Below are positions 1 to 8,072 of a DNA stretch of 18,582 nt, piece after piece. Under the pieces are notes generated by a model. That model was not told the origin of the DNA and made no database searches. It saw only the letters and a list, made by a program, of their open reading frames with translations. Within the stretch, counting starts at the first letter, position 1. Each line of letters begins with the position of its first letter. A program made the translations under genes and the position numbers. This stretch comes from Candidatus Heimdallarchaeota archaeon. Its GTDB lineage: Archaea > Asgardarchaeota > Heimdallarchaeia > Heimdallarchaeales > Heimdallarchaeaceae. Location of the stretch: positions 1 to 18,582 of the forward strand of contig DAOVER010000056.1 in the NCBI GenBank assembly GCA_030668875.1, in the 5' to 3' direction.

Positions 1-704
1 AAACCTGTATGTGAACAATACCTTGTGAAGTTAGATATTAGCAAAATTAAAAGTAAATTGAGCAAATAAGTATATCTACAGCTGTTTCTTAATCCATTCA
101 AAAGGTAATTCCTGAACTTCATCGGGGGTTGATACGCAAACGTAAAGCTCGAGACACTTTTGGATTCTGTAAGTTGCAAGGAGAGCTCAATAGAGTCTAT
201 ACTCGTCGCATGAGACTCATTCGCGAGCTTACCCTTCTCCTTCCACCCTTTCTTGCTGCAGTCATGGTGAAGAAACAGTGTAAGACCTTGAAGATTGAAC
301 AATTAACTGTTGACCCCTCAGGTACTAAAGGGGCTTTAGCTAAAGCTATTTACACTATGCCCGATAGTCTCTTCATCTATCAGAAAGCTGTCTGGTTAGC
401 TTCTCAAGAGTTAGGTTATCAAGTATTATTAGAGTCTGTTCGTCCTTACCACACCAGTACTATTCATTATGGTTGTGGGGGGACACTCGTTCGCAACCAA
501 GGTCAGTATGATCATGCTCCTTGCACCAAATGTGGGCGAAAAGTTAACACTCATACTAATGCTGCGCACAACATTGCTTCTCTCCCTGGTACACTTCTTC
601 CTTCCTTCTGATTCTCTTCCCCTCAACGCACGTGAGGGGACCCACCTAAACGACGGTTAGACCGCCTCTGGCAAGTTTAACCAAGTTTCATAACGTGCGT
701 TTGG
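1..704 (+). mobile_element. 3' part of a TnpB-encoding insertion sequence (IS607-like or IS200/IS605-like); left part lies outside the window; right end most likely TTGG at 701-704, alternative TTCA at 687-690
   Basis: tnpB-like ORF followed by a structured non-coding tail. Sampled 60-nt lines at 181-300 are about 43-50% GC versus about 30% at 721-780. A start-less host reading frame runs on immediately downstream. Confidence 0.75.
129..611 (+). CDS. tnpB: TnpB-like RNA-guided endonuclease, C-terminal portion (bridge-helix region, RuvC-II, Zn finger, RuvC-III); frame is open from 93; probably a 5'-disrupted pseudogene
   Basis: LKIEQL matches the RuvC-II 'ivvEdL' motif (Glu codon 297-299). 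VRPYHTS-x2-HYGCGG...PCTKCG...VNTHTNAAHNIA matches the TnpB pattern 'v.p.yTS..C..CG...C..CG...D.NAA.NI'. There is no RuvC-I/WED/REC in this ORF, an in-frame TAA at 90-92, and only a TTG start. Confidence 0.8.
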   Translation: MIRKRKARDTFGFCKLQGELNRVYTRRMRLIRELTLLLPPFLAAVMVKKQCKTLKIEQLTVDPSGTKGALAKAIYTMPDSLFIYQKAVWLASQELGYQVLLESVRPYHTSTIHYGCGGTLVRNQGQYDHAPCTKCGRKVNTHTNAAHNIASLPGTLLPSF

Positions 705-724
705 TATGTTGCTATTGATTATAC
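612..724 (+). ncRNA. Putative TnpB omega-RNA (reRNA): scaffold about 618-704 plus a flanking-DNA-derived guide about 705-724; the true 5' end may lie inside tnpB
   Basis: Perfect 8-bp stem TCCCCTCA (618-625) / TGAGGGGA (633-640). AACGCACGT (625-633, spanning the loop) is the exact reverse complement of ACGTGCGTT (693-701). The position just 3' of tnpB is where omega-RNAs are encoded. Confidence 0.6.
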
Positions 725-1127
725 TTCAATTGATGTTGATTTAGTTCTTTGGTACCCTGAATTTGGTTCTTATATACAAGATCAAACACCGAATTTTGAT
801 TGGGAAGATATTCCTGGTACAACAGGCTATTTGCTCCAAGTTTCAAATTCTTCAGGATTTACTAATTTAATAGTTAATGAATCACTAATATTTCATGTAT
901 CAAATTATACCATTACAGAACCCTTAGTTTATGGCGAAGAGTATTTCTGGCAAGTTGCATATTATATCGATTTCAATACGATTAGTCATTTCTATGGCTA
1001 CAGCTCATTCACAATTGGTGAAGAACCTGTTGTGCCAGAATTTGGTAATGTAGCTTATGTGATTCTTTCCCTAACAATGGTTTCAATTTCAATTGTTTTG
1101 ATGGTGAAAAGACATCGTAAAATCTGA
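705..1127 (+). pseudogene. 3' remnant of a PEF-CTERM cell-surface protein gene with an FN3/Ig-like domain, apparently interrupted by the IS
   Basis: The frame is stop-free from 681 to 1127 with no ATG until the TM segment. It reads YVAIDYTSIDVDLVLWYPEFGSYIQDQTPNFDWEDIPGTTGYLLQVS...YFWQV, an FN3-like 'P.F.W....Y.lqv...YyWqV' pattern. It ends VVPEF + hydrophobic helix + KRHRKI. There is no signal peptide, and the TTG at 831 falls inside the domain. Confidence 0.75.
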
Positions 1128-1143
1128 TAATACCTAAATGAAA

Positions 1144-1174
1144 TTTTTTCTTTTTTCCTTTTTCCCTTGTTTTA
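1144..1174 (+). terminator. Archaeal-type T-tract terminator
   Basis: TTTTTTCTTTTTTCCTTTTTCCCTTGTTTT shortly after the stop at 1127. Confidence 0.55.
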
Positions 1175-1229
1175 CCAAAGGATAAAAATTACTCTATGGT
1201 TACTTTTTTAGGTTTTTCTCACTATTGTT

Positions 1230-1244
1230 GTAAAAGTTTATAAA
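1230..1244 (+). promoter_or_regulatory. BRE/TATA promoter for the 1274 gene (likely leaderless)
   Basis: GTAAAAG followed by TTTATAAA (1237-1244), about 30 bp upstream of the ATG at 1274. Confidence 0.55.
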
Positions 1245-1273
1245 CACTTAAAGATTCGAAATATTAGTTTAAA

Positions 1274-2971
1274 ATGACTACCTCTGAAACAGACTCTGAA
1301 GCAATAATTCAACAAAGAAAAAGATTTCAAGCCTTAGGAAGTGCAATTAATAAAGCCGATGGGATGTCAAGCTGGCTTAGGGTATTAATGGCTGTTACAT
1401 TGATTTTTGGGATACCTACTGTAGCACTACTAGCTGATCCTGCTAAAGATTCAACTATCATAATGTTTGAAATTATAGCTTTTACTTTCAGAATTCTTAT
1501 TATTGCAATGATTTTGTACCTAATTTCTAAGATTACTCGAGCAATTTATACTGCTAGTAATGATTTTGACAAAAAAATTGAGGAAATAGGTTTCAAAGTT
1601 GAAAACACTAACACATTAGAAGAGAAGAAATTGATGAACAACAAAATCATTTATACAATAATAAGTGTAATAGTCATTCTAGCTTCATTTATTGGAATAT
1701 TCATGGTTGGTTCACGTTTTGAAGCAACATATATAATAGGACAGTTAATTGTTTACATCATTATTGTTGTGTGCTTAGGACTCACATTCAAGTTTTGGTA
1801 TGGGAAAAATTCTGAAGAATCGTTAAGAATGGGTGGAAGAAAAATTATTAAAGTATTCATGCCCATCTTCTTCTTTCTAGCGGTTGAAATTGTAATTGAT
1901 TTCTTTAGTATTCTTGGCGAACCCCGATTTAGAATTAATGCTTTACAACTATCTTGGGGTATAATATACCCATTTCTATTTCTGTTCCTCTTGATAGCCA
2001 TCTTAGTCACAACTAAAAAAACACAAAGAGAAAAACTCTCTTTACAAGAAGCAAAAGTTGCAGATTTCAAAAGAAGGAAGGTACATATTCAAAATAAAAA
2101 TAAAATCAAGCAAGCGTTCTTTAGTATAAAAGTATCTTGGAACAAATTAACTAAATCAACTGATCCTAGTGATACTGCCAGAAAAGAGAAGCTCGATAGG
2201 AAACCTAGTAAAGTGCTTGTTCATAGTATCTGGATTTCTTTGTTTGTTACAGTTATACCTTTTGCTCTTATAGCTCCTTGGAGTTTGTTCCCCCATGATG
2301 GTCTGTTAATTATTGCATCATTACTGATATCATATCAATATTCAATGATAAAATATGAGAGATATGAAATAGATGTGATTTCTGAACCTAAAAAGGATGA
2401 ATCACTCGAACCTACCGAAATACGACAACCTGCAATGATAAATAATGCAGTAATAATGCTTCTACTACCAACTATTGTTTTCATAACCATACAGTATCTC
2501 ATAAGTGGAGTAATAATTGGTGAAACTCTAACGAAAAGCACAGAGATGGTGATTATAGGATTCACATGGATAGTAGCTCTAATAGCACTACCAGTATCAT
2601 ATCAGCTTTTCTATAAAATTAAGCAAAATACAGATATCAATCGTTCTGAAGAAAATATTTCAATGTATAGAAGGGGTCTTGTTCAGATTTTAATTCTCGA
2701 AATTACTTTGATAGTATGCTCTCTGGCAGGACACTTCACTGCTTCAATCTTTGTGAGTTATGACTATATACAATGGTTTGCTATGGGACTTCAACTCACT
2801 TTTGTTGTTGCTTTGATTATTTTACCATTAATATTCTTGTATGTTGTTCCTAAATTATCAGACAAAGGATACAAAATTGCAGCGATTTCTGCAGTAGTTA
2901 TTATCACAGTTATTAATGTGGCAATATTAACACTATTTTTTGCGAATATAATAATAGGGTATTTCTTATAA
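1274..2971 (+). CDS. Hypothetical polytopic membrane protein (about 13 TM helices, large basic central loop)
   Basis: 565-aa ORF with about 6 hydrophobic segments, a Lys/Arg-rich loop and about 7 more hydrophobic segments; no family motif recognised. Confidence 0.85.
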   Translation: MTTSETDSEAIIQQRKRFQALGSAINKADGMSSWLRVLMAVTLIFGIPTVALLADPAKDSTIIMFEIIAFTFRILIIAMILYLISKITRAIYTASNDFDKKIEEIGFKVENTNTLEEKKLMNNKIIYTIISVIVILASFIGIFMVGSRFEATYIIGQLIVYIIIVVCLGLTFKFWYGKNSEESLRMGGRKIIKVFMPIFFFLAVEIVIDFFSILGEPRFRINALQLSWGIIYPFLFLFLLIAILVTTKKTQREKLSLQEAKVADFKRRKVHIQNKNKIKQAFFSIKVSWNKLTKSTDPSDTARKEKLDRKPSKVLVHSIWISLFVTVIPFALIAPWSLFPHDGLLIIASLLISYQYSMIKYERYEIDVISEPKKDESLEPTEIRQPAMINNAVIMLLLPTIVFITIQYLISGVIIGETLTKSTEMVIIGFTWIVALIALPVSYQLFYKIKQNTDINRSEENISMYRRGLVQILILEITLIVCSLAGHFTASIFVSYDYIQWFAMGLQLTFVVALIILPLIFLYVVPKLSDKGYKIAAISAVVIITVINVAILTLFFANIIIGYFL

Positions 2972-2981
2972 TCCCCTTTTC

Positions 2982-3959
2982 TTATTTTTCACTTAATTTA
3001 ATGAAATGACTTGCTTTTTTTTCCAGTTCACTTTTTTCAGAGTTAGCATAGTAGTAGAATAATCCATTCTTATTTGTTACACCTGCCACATTTCCTCTAT
3101 TATCCATTGTAAGAATATGAATAACACCTTCCTCTTTGATTTTCTTCAAATCAAGAACACCATACTCTGCAGCTCTTTCAGGTGTCATGTTGTTTTCAAC
3201 TCGGTCCACTACCATTCTTGCTGTTGATAGCCTTAGAGTTATCTCTCCCGTTCCAGTACATGCTGCTCCTGCTTTCTCTGAACAATAAACACCTGCACCA
3301 AAAATTGGTGAATCTCCAACTCGACCAGGAAATTTCATGGCTAATCCAGATGTCGAAACACCCGCTGCCAAATTCCCTTCTGAATCTAATGCAATTACAT
3401 TTGTAGTGCCTTGTTTATCAAAACTCAACTTTTTATACCATTCCATGATAGGATAATTTTCCATCACTTCTTTCAGGTGGACATCAAAATTCATAAAAAG
3501 TTCCCGAACAAGCTTTTGAGCTTCAGCAGGCATTTCTAGACTTCTTCCTTCCATGATATTATGATAGTTCTTCATGCCAAGTTCATCGATAATTTCCTCT
3601 TCTATGAAACCCAAAGCTTTTGCGAAACGTTCAGCTCCTTCTCCAACTAAGAACGCATGAGGTGTTAAATCCATAACTTTGCGAGCTATTGAAATCGGAT
3701 GCCGGTAGTTTTTTACTGCAGCTACAGCTCCAGCTTTCCTTGTTTTACCATCCATGATAGAAGCGTCTAACTCTACTATTCCCATCAAGTTTGGAAAACC
3801 ATTAAAACCAACAGTAATATCATACTTGTTATTTTCTATTAACTTTATACTCTCTTCTACAGCGTCTAAAGCAGATCCACCTTTAGACAAAATCTGTAAT
3901 CCAGTAGGCAAACCCACATTACTATTCCGCGTACCAACAATGGCATACTCTAGTTTCAT
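2982..3959 (-). CDS. Isoaspartyl peptidase/L-asparaginase or N4-(beta-GlcNAc)-asparaginase family protein (Asparaginase_2, Ntn hydrolase)
   Basis: GGSALDAVE, ELDASIMDG, GTTNVIALD (nucleophile Thr), STSG, PGRVGDSP and TGTGE motifs. Confidence 0.92.
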   Translation of the reverse strand: MKLEYAIVGTRNSNVGLPTGLQILSKGGSALDAVEESIKLIENNKYDITVGFNGFPNLMGIVELDASIMDGKTRKAGAVAAVKNYRHPISIARKVMDLTPHAFLVGEGAERFAKALGFIEEEIIDELGMKNYHNIMEGRSLEMPAEAQKLVRELFMNFDVHLKEVMENYPIMEWYKKLSFDKQGTTNVIALDSEGNLAAGVSTSGLAMKFPGRVGDSPIFGAGVYCSEKAGAACTGTGEITLRLSTARMVVDRVENNMTPERAAEYGVLDLKKIKEEGVIHILTMDNRGNVAGVTNKNGLFYYYANSEKSELEKKASHFIKLSEK

Positions 3960-4010
3960 TGAATGTAGAAAAGATTTCTAACATAAAAAAATACCTCATC
4001 ATACATTCTA

Positions 4011-4025
4011 AGAAAAAATTAAATA
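4011..4025 (+). promoter_or_regulatory. BRE/TATA promoter for the EamA gene
   Basis: AGAAAAA then ATTAAATA (4018-4025), about 31 bp upstream of the ATG at 4056. Confidence 0.4.
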
Positions 4026-4055
4026 GATGTCTCGAATTGAAATTTGGTTAGTAAG

Positions 4056-5057
4056 ATGGAAAAGACCAAATTAATAGGGTATATCTCAGCTATTCTTGGA
4101 GGTTTGTCTTTTGGTACTATACCCATTTTTTCAGCAAATTTAAGAGATTTGGGAGCTTCTAGTTTGGAGCAATCGATCTTGAGGTTGTTTTTTGCATTCA
4201 TAGCAGGACTAGTCATAATCTTACTATTCCTACCGATCAATACAAAGATGGTTAGACAAAGCGTAAAATTTTCAGGGCAAAGAGGATATATGCTACAAGG
4301 ATTAATTCTAGCAATAATGATAATTCTATATCTCTCTTCAATAGCTGTAGGCACACCAGCTGGTGAAGCGGCGCTTTTAATTCAAGTGCATCCATTTGTT
4401 ACATTATTACTAGGTTGGTTATTGTTTAAAGAAAAAATCACAAAATCTAAAATAATCGCTCTTAGTTTTGCATTAAGTGGTTTAATTATTCTTGTACATC
4501 CTTGGGATGTGCCATCATTCCTTTCTTCAATTATAGGTGATGCTCTTGTTTTGTTATTGGGAGTACTTTATGCAGGGTATATTATGATTAATAGATGGAA
4601 TAATAAAAATGTAGAAGGCGTCTCATTTCTTATATCAGTATCATGGATTTTAATTTGGACTTTTTTGATGGGTTTGCCATTATTATCTATCATGAAACAG
4701 TTCAATTTACCTCCGGAAATAGTAAACTTTTCCTTCGAAAACATATTAACACCTCAGATCCTACTGATGGGGATTTTGTTAGCTGTTGTTGGTGGTTTAT
4801 TCCCTTATGGTTTTATCATGTTGGCATCAAGGTATCTTGAAGCTTCAAGAGCTTCGATTTTACTACTATCTGAACCCATTGGAGCTATGATTCTAGGATC
4901 TATTTTTCTTGGAGAAACAATCACCCTCTGGTACATATTAGGAGGAGTTGCACTACTAACTGCAGTTGTTATAACCATTTTATCAAAAACAAAAAATGAG
5001 GTAATATCAGTAGAAAATGTGACAGATGAGCTTGTAGAAAAAAATACGAAAACATAA
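4056..5057 (+). CDS. EamA/DMT-family transporter
   Basis: About 10 TM helices in two EamA repeats (PFVTLLLGWLLFKEKIT; LLSEPIGAMILGSIFLGETIT). The ATG at 4056 is preferred over the TTG at 4044. Confidence 0.9.
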   Translation: MEKTKLIGYISAILGGLSFGTIPIFSANLRDLGASSLEQSILRLFFAFIAGLVIILLFLPINTKMVRQSVKFSGQRGYMLQGLILAIMIILYLSSIAVGTPAGEAALLIQVHPFVTLLLGWLLFKEKITKSKIIALSFALSGLIILVHPWDVPSFLSSIIGDALVLLLGVLYAGYIMINRWNNKNVEGVSFLISVSWILIWTFLMGLPLLSIMKQFNLPPEIVNFSFENILTPQILLMGILLAVVGGLFPYGFIMLASRYLEASRASILLLSEPIGAMILGSIFLGETITLWYILGGVALLTAVVITILSKTKNEVISVENVTDELVEKNTKT

Positions 5058-5090
5058 TTTTAATAACTTAACTGAACAAGCATACACAGA

Positions 5091-5870
5091 ATGTCTGAAT
5101 TTATGGTGAAAACAGTAAACTTGTCAAAGGATTTCAAAATGACAAGAGCTGTTGATAGAGTGAATATTCGGGTTCCTAAAAAGTCTATCTATGCACTTCT
5201 GGGGCCAAATGGTGCTGGCAAAACAACATCAATAAGGATGATATTAGGTTTGCTAAAACCATCGGCAGGAGAAGTATATGTTAATGGATTTAATGTCTCT
5301 GCGAATCCAAAATCAATTAGAGGTCAGATTGGTCTATTACCACAGTTTTCAGCTGCATATTATGATTTGACACCTATTCAAAATATCAAATTCATACTGG
5401 AATTAAATGATTTAGCGTATGAGGATGTAAGTGTGAAAATAAGCGACTATTTTGAAAAATTAGACATAAAGCCAGGATTGCTTCAAAAACCATTTACAAA
5501 ACTATCTGGGGGAGAGCAAAGAGCGATTTCTTTTATCATGGCAGCAATAACTGATAAAGAGTTTTTAATTCTAGATGAACCTACAAGTGGTCTTGATATT
5601 GCTCGAGCAAAATACATTCGCTCTATAATAAAAGATCTTGTTGAAAAAGAAGGAAAAACGATTTTATTATCTTCGCATATCGTTTCAGATCTTGAAGAAC
5701 TAGCAGAATACTGTGGTATCCTAAAAGAAGGTAATTTGGTTTTCCAAGGGGACAAGGAAGAGATAGTTAATACTTATTCACCAGAATCCAAAGATTTTGA
5801 AGATGCAATAGTTAATGCCTTCCAAGCTCCTGTAACTAGCAAATCAATCTCTTCAGAGGTGTTAAAATGA
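5091..5870 (+). CDS. ABC transporter ATP-binding protein (ABC-2/exporter type)
   Basis: Walker A GPNGAGKTT, signature LSGGEQR, Walker B LILDEP, H-loop SSH. Confidence 0.95.
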   Translation: MSEFMVKTVNLSKDFKMTRAVDRVNIRVPKKSIYALLGPNGAGKTTSIRMILGLLKPSAGEVYVNGFNVSANPKSIRGQIGLLPQFSAAYYDLTPIQNIKFILELNDLAYEDVSVKISDYFEKLDIKPGLLQKPFTKLSGGEQRAISFIMAAITDKEFLILDEPTSGLDIARAKYIRSIIKDLVEKEGKTILLSSHIVSDLEELAEYCGILKEGNLVFQGDKEEIVNTYSPESKDFEDAIVNAFQAPVTSKSISSEVLK

Positions 5871-7069
5871 AGGAGGACAAACTTAAATTATATCAGCTTA
5901 AAGCTCTTCTCAAAAAGGATATCTCATTATTATTTCGAAAGAAAATAGCAATCTTTATCTTTGGAGGACCTTTCATACTAATGTTTATACTCATTGGGCT
6001 ACCTGCTTTATTTACTTCTCAAGATGCTCTTATTCTTCTAGTTCACACTGAAGATATTGGGTATTTAGATTCAAATATTGGTGATTCAATTGTTGGTAAC
6101 ATCTCTTCATATTTTGAATCAGATGAAACCATTGAAGTGCAGGTTACTGATAATCTCACCGAGGTTTTGTACACCCAAGAATTAGGTTATTATATCCCAA
6201 ATAATTTCTCTGAACTTGTTTTTACGGGAATACCTGTCACATTCACTATAGATGCAACATTATCACCCTATCTTTCATCAACCTTTGAAGTTATACAAGC
6301 AATAGCTAATAATGTGATGGTTACATATCTTGCAAATAGAACAATACCTACACTTCAAAACTATGAACTTCCTCCAGTTTCTTTGCCAGAGGAACAGCTC
6401 CTTGGACCTAAAGCAGCTGCAATTGCAATGCCATTAAGCTACATGATATTTTTACTAATTGCTCTAAATTCTGGGTCATATACCCTTATAGGTTTTGCAA
6501 GAGAAAAACGTATGCGAACAATGGAGATTCTATTGTCATATACTCACAATCATAGTTTTCTCGTAATCTCCAAGGTTATAACTGGTTTAGTTGCATCTCT
6601 AGGATCAACCTTATCCTATGTTCTAGGTATACTAGTAGGAACCCAGTTGTCTGGAAATGATACAAGTGGTCTGTTACTTATATTTGGGTTAAACCTAGAT
6701 AGTTTGGGTGCTGGAGATATAATAATTAGTTTAATTTTTGTAGTATTAGCTCTACTTATTTCCACACTCATAACAATGGCAGTCGATTGCAATCTAACTC
6801 GAGAAGCATCAGAAAGAATCAGTCCTCTAATATCAATAGGGTTAGCGATGTTCTTCTATTTCGTAGTTCTGATGAATCCTTTTGCAACTTCTTCAGCGCT
6901 CCTAGTTAATCCATTTTATTGGTGTTATAGATTGGCTCTTCTTCTGATTGCAAGAGTATTCAGCATGGAAATATTTCTCTACTTTTCATTGATAGTAGGG
7001 CTAATTGTTATCTTGATTTTCTTTGCTACTAGAGGTATTCAAAAGGAAAAGAGTTTATACCTTGAGTAA
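5867..7069 (+). CDS. ABC-2-type permease (NatB-like)
   Basis: TM1, an extracellular domain, then about 5 TMs; AREKRMRTMEILLS motif; ATGA overlap with the ATPase gene. Confidence 0.88.
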   Translation: MKEDKLKLYQLKALLKKDISLLFRKKIAIFIFGGPFILMFILIGLPALFTSQDALILLVHTEDIGYLDSNIGDSIVGNISSYFESDETIEVQVTDNLTEVLYTQELGYYIPNNFSELVFTGIPVTFTIDATLSPYLSSTFEVIQAIANNVMVTYLANRTIPTLQNYELPPVSLPEEQLLGPKAAAIAMPLSYMIFLLIALNSGSYTLIGFAREKRMRTMEILLSYTHNHSFLVISKVITGLVASLGSTLSYVLGILVGTQLSGNDTSGLLLIFGLNLDSLGAGDIIISLIFVVLALLISTLITMAVDCNLTREASERISPLISIGLAMFFYFVVLMNPFATSSALLVNPFYWCYRLALLLIARVFSMEIFLYFSLIVGLIVILIFFATRGIQKEKSLYLE

Positions 7070-7094
7070 GAAATACTATTTCTCTCTTTTATTT

Positions 7095-7982
7095 TCAATT
7101 ATTTTCTATACCAAATATGAATTTTTTCATTTTCTTAGCAGTTTCTCGACTGTGAGTTTCCTGAAAATTAATTAGATTCTCAAAAATAGCATTAGGGATT
7201 TTTTTAGAGATTTCAACACTTTGTTCATATGAATGTATTTTATCATTAGATGCTGCGAAAATATATACTGGAAATTGGAAATCTGAATAGTTAACATCAG
7301 ATTGATAATCAATTATTTCTAAAACACACGCTTTCATTCTTTTAGGAATTCCTGTCTCTAGATTTCTTTTATTTAGATAATACGTTCCAGAATCATTTTT
7401 CATATCTGTTCTAAAATGTTTTAACATAAATTTTAGAAAAGGTAGCATGGGATAATATAACCATGCAGGAGCAAACTTAAACAAAACTTTCATCCAACCT
7501 GAAAAACTAAAAGTTTCTGCTGGGCTGATTAAAATCATCCCCTTTGGTGCAGTATAACCTGCTTTCATATACAAAGCTCCGATTTCTGCACCAAATGAAT
7601 CACCAAAAATATAGAACCCATCCTTGTTCAAATTATAATGCTCAATTATTATATTAAGATCTTTAACAAAGGCATCAAAACTGTAATCAACCCCCTTGTT
7701 AAAATGTCTCGCAGTGTTTTTTTCTCTAGTTTCAATGTGGTAAATATTAGCTATTTTAGACAGTTCATGATCAGAGCTTAACCATCCTATAAAATGAGAA
7801 CACAACCCAGGAATTACTATTACATTAATCTTGCTCCCCTTTTGTTCACTTGGGATTTTGAAAATTCTTAACAGGATTCCTTCTTCTACTTTAACATAAT
7901 CAATTTCAAGCCATGGAAAAATTGAGTAATCTACTTCGTTGATATTGGCCAACTGCAAATTATCCATTTTTTCTTCAAGCAT
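7095..7982 (-). CDS. Alpha/beta-fold hydrolase (esterase/lipase-like); the ORF is open to 8060 but the ATG at 7982 (or 7967) is the likelier start
   Basis: VIPGL oxyanion region, nucleophile elbow GDSFG, candidate acid in ASNDKIH, late His in QETHS; TATA-like box about 25-30 bp upstream of 7982. Confidence 0.85.
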   Translation of the reverse strand: MLEEKMDNLQLANINEVDYSIFPWLEIDYVKVEEGILLRIFKIPSEQKGSKINVIVIPGLCSHFIGWLSSDHELSKIANIYHIETREKNTARHFNKGVDYSFDAFVKDLNIIIEHYNLNKDGFYIFGDSFGAEIGALYMKAGYTAPKGMILISPAETFSFSGWMKVLFKFAPAWLYYPMLPFLKFMLKHFRTDMKNDSGTYYLNKRNLETGIPKRMKACVLEIIDYQSDVNYSDFQFPVYIFAASNDKIHSYEQSVEISKKIPNAIFENLINFQETHSRETAKKMKKFIFGIENN

Positions 7983-8005
7983 TATGATTTTACTAATGCT
8001 TACAT

Positions 8006-8015
8006 TATTTATAAG
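8006..8015 (-). promoter_or_regulatory. TATA-like box for the alpha/beta hydrolase
   Basis: Minus strand reads CTTATAAATA, 24-33 bp upstream of the ATG at 7982. Confidence 0.45.
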
Positions 8016-8072
8016 ACTTGCAGTTAAGTGGGTAACATACGAAGGGAGAACCACCCTCAATTAGAGGAAGCA

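Noticed and set aside
90-92. Stop-codon recoding (Sec/Pyl) in tnpB
   Set aside because: The stop is TAA, which is not the codon used for Sec (TGA) or Pyl (TAG)
429-660. Small ORFs 429..626 (-) and 469..660 (+)
   Set aside because: They overlap tnpB and the omega-RNA hairpin and have no motif; these are shadow frames
687-690. TTCA as an IS200/IS605-type right end
   Set aside because: Down-weighted rather than excluded: the 9-nt loop complement lies 3' of it (693-701), which argues that the element extends to about 704
612-704. Possible IStron (group I intron fused to the IS) that would splice and restore the host gene
   Set aside because: No group I intron core can be seen in the window; the terminal G alone is insufficient, and the left end is not available
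831-1127. Intact 98-aa gene starting at TTG 831
   Set aside because: The frame is open and protein-like for more than 40 codons upstream, the TTG falls mid-domain, and a sorting signal without a signal peptide makes little sense
8041-8058. Weak GC-rich hairpin upstream of the hydrolase promoter
   Set aside because: Only 4-5 bp with wobble pairs; no riboswitch or terminator features
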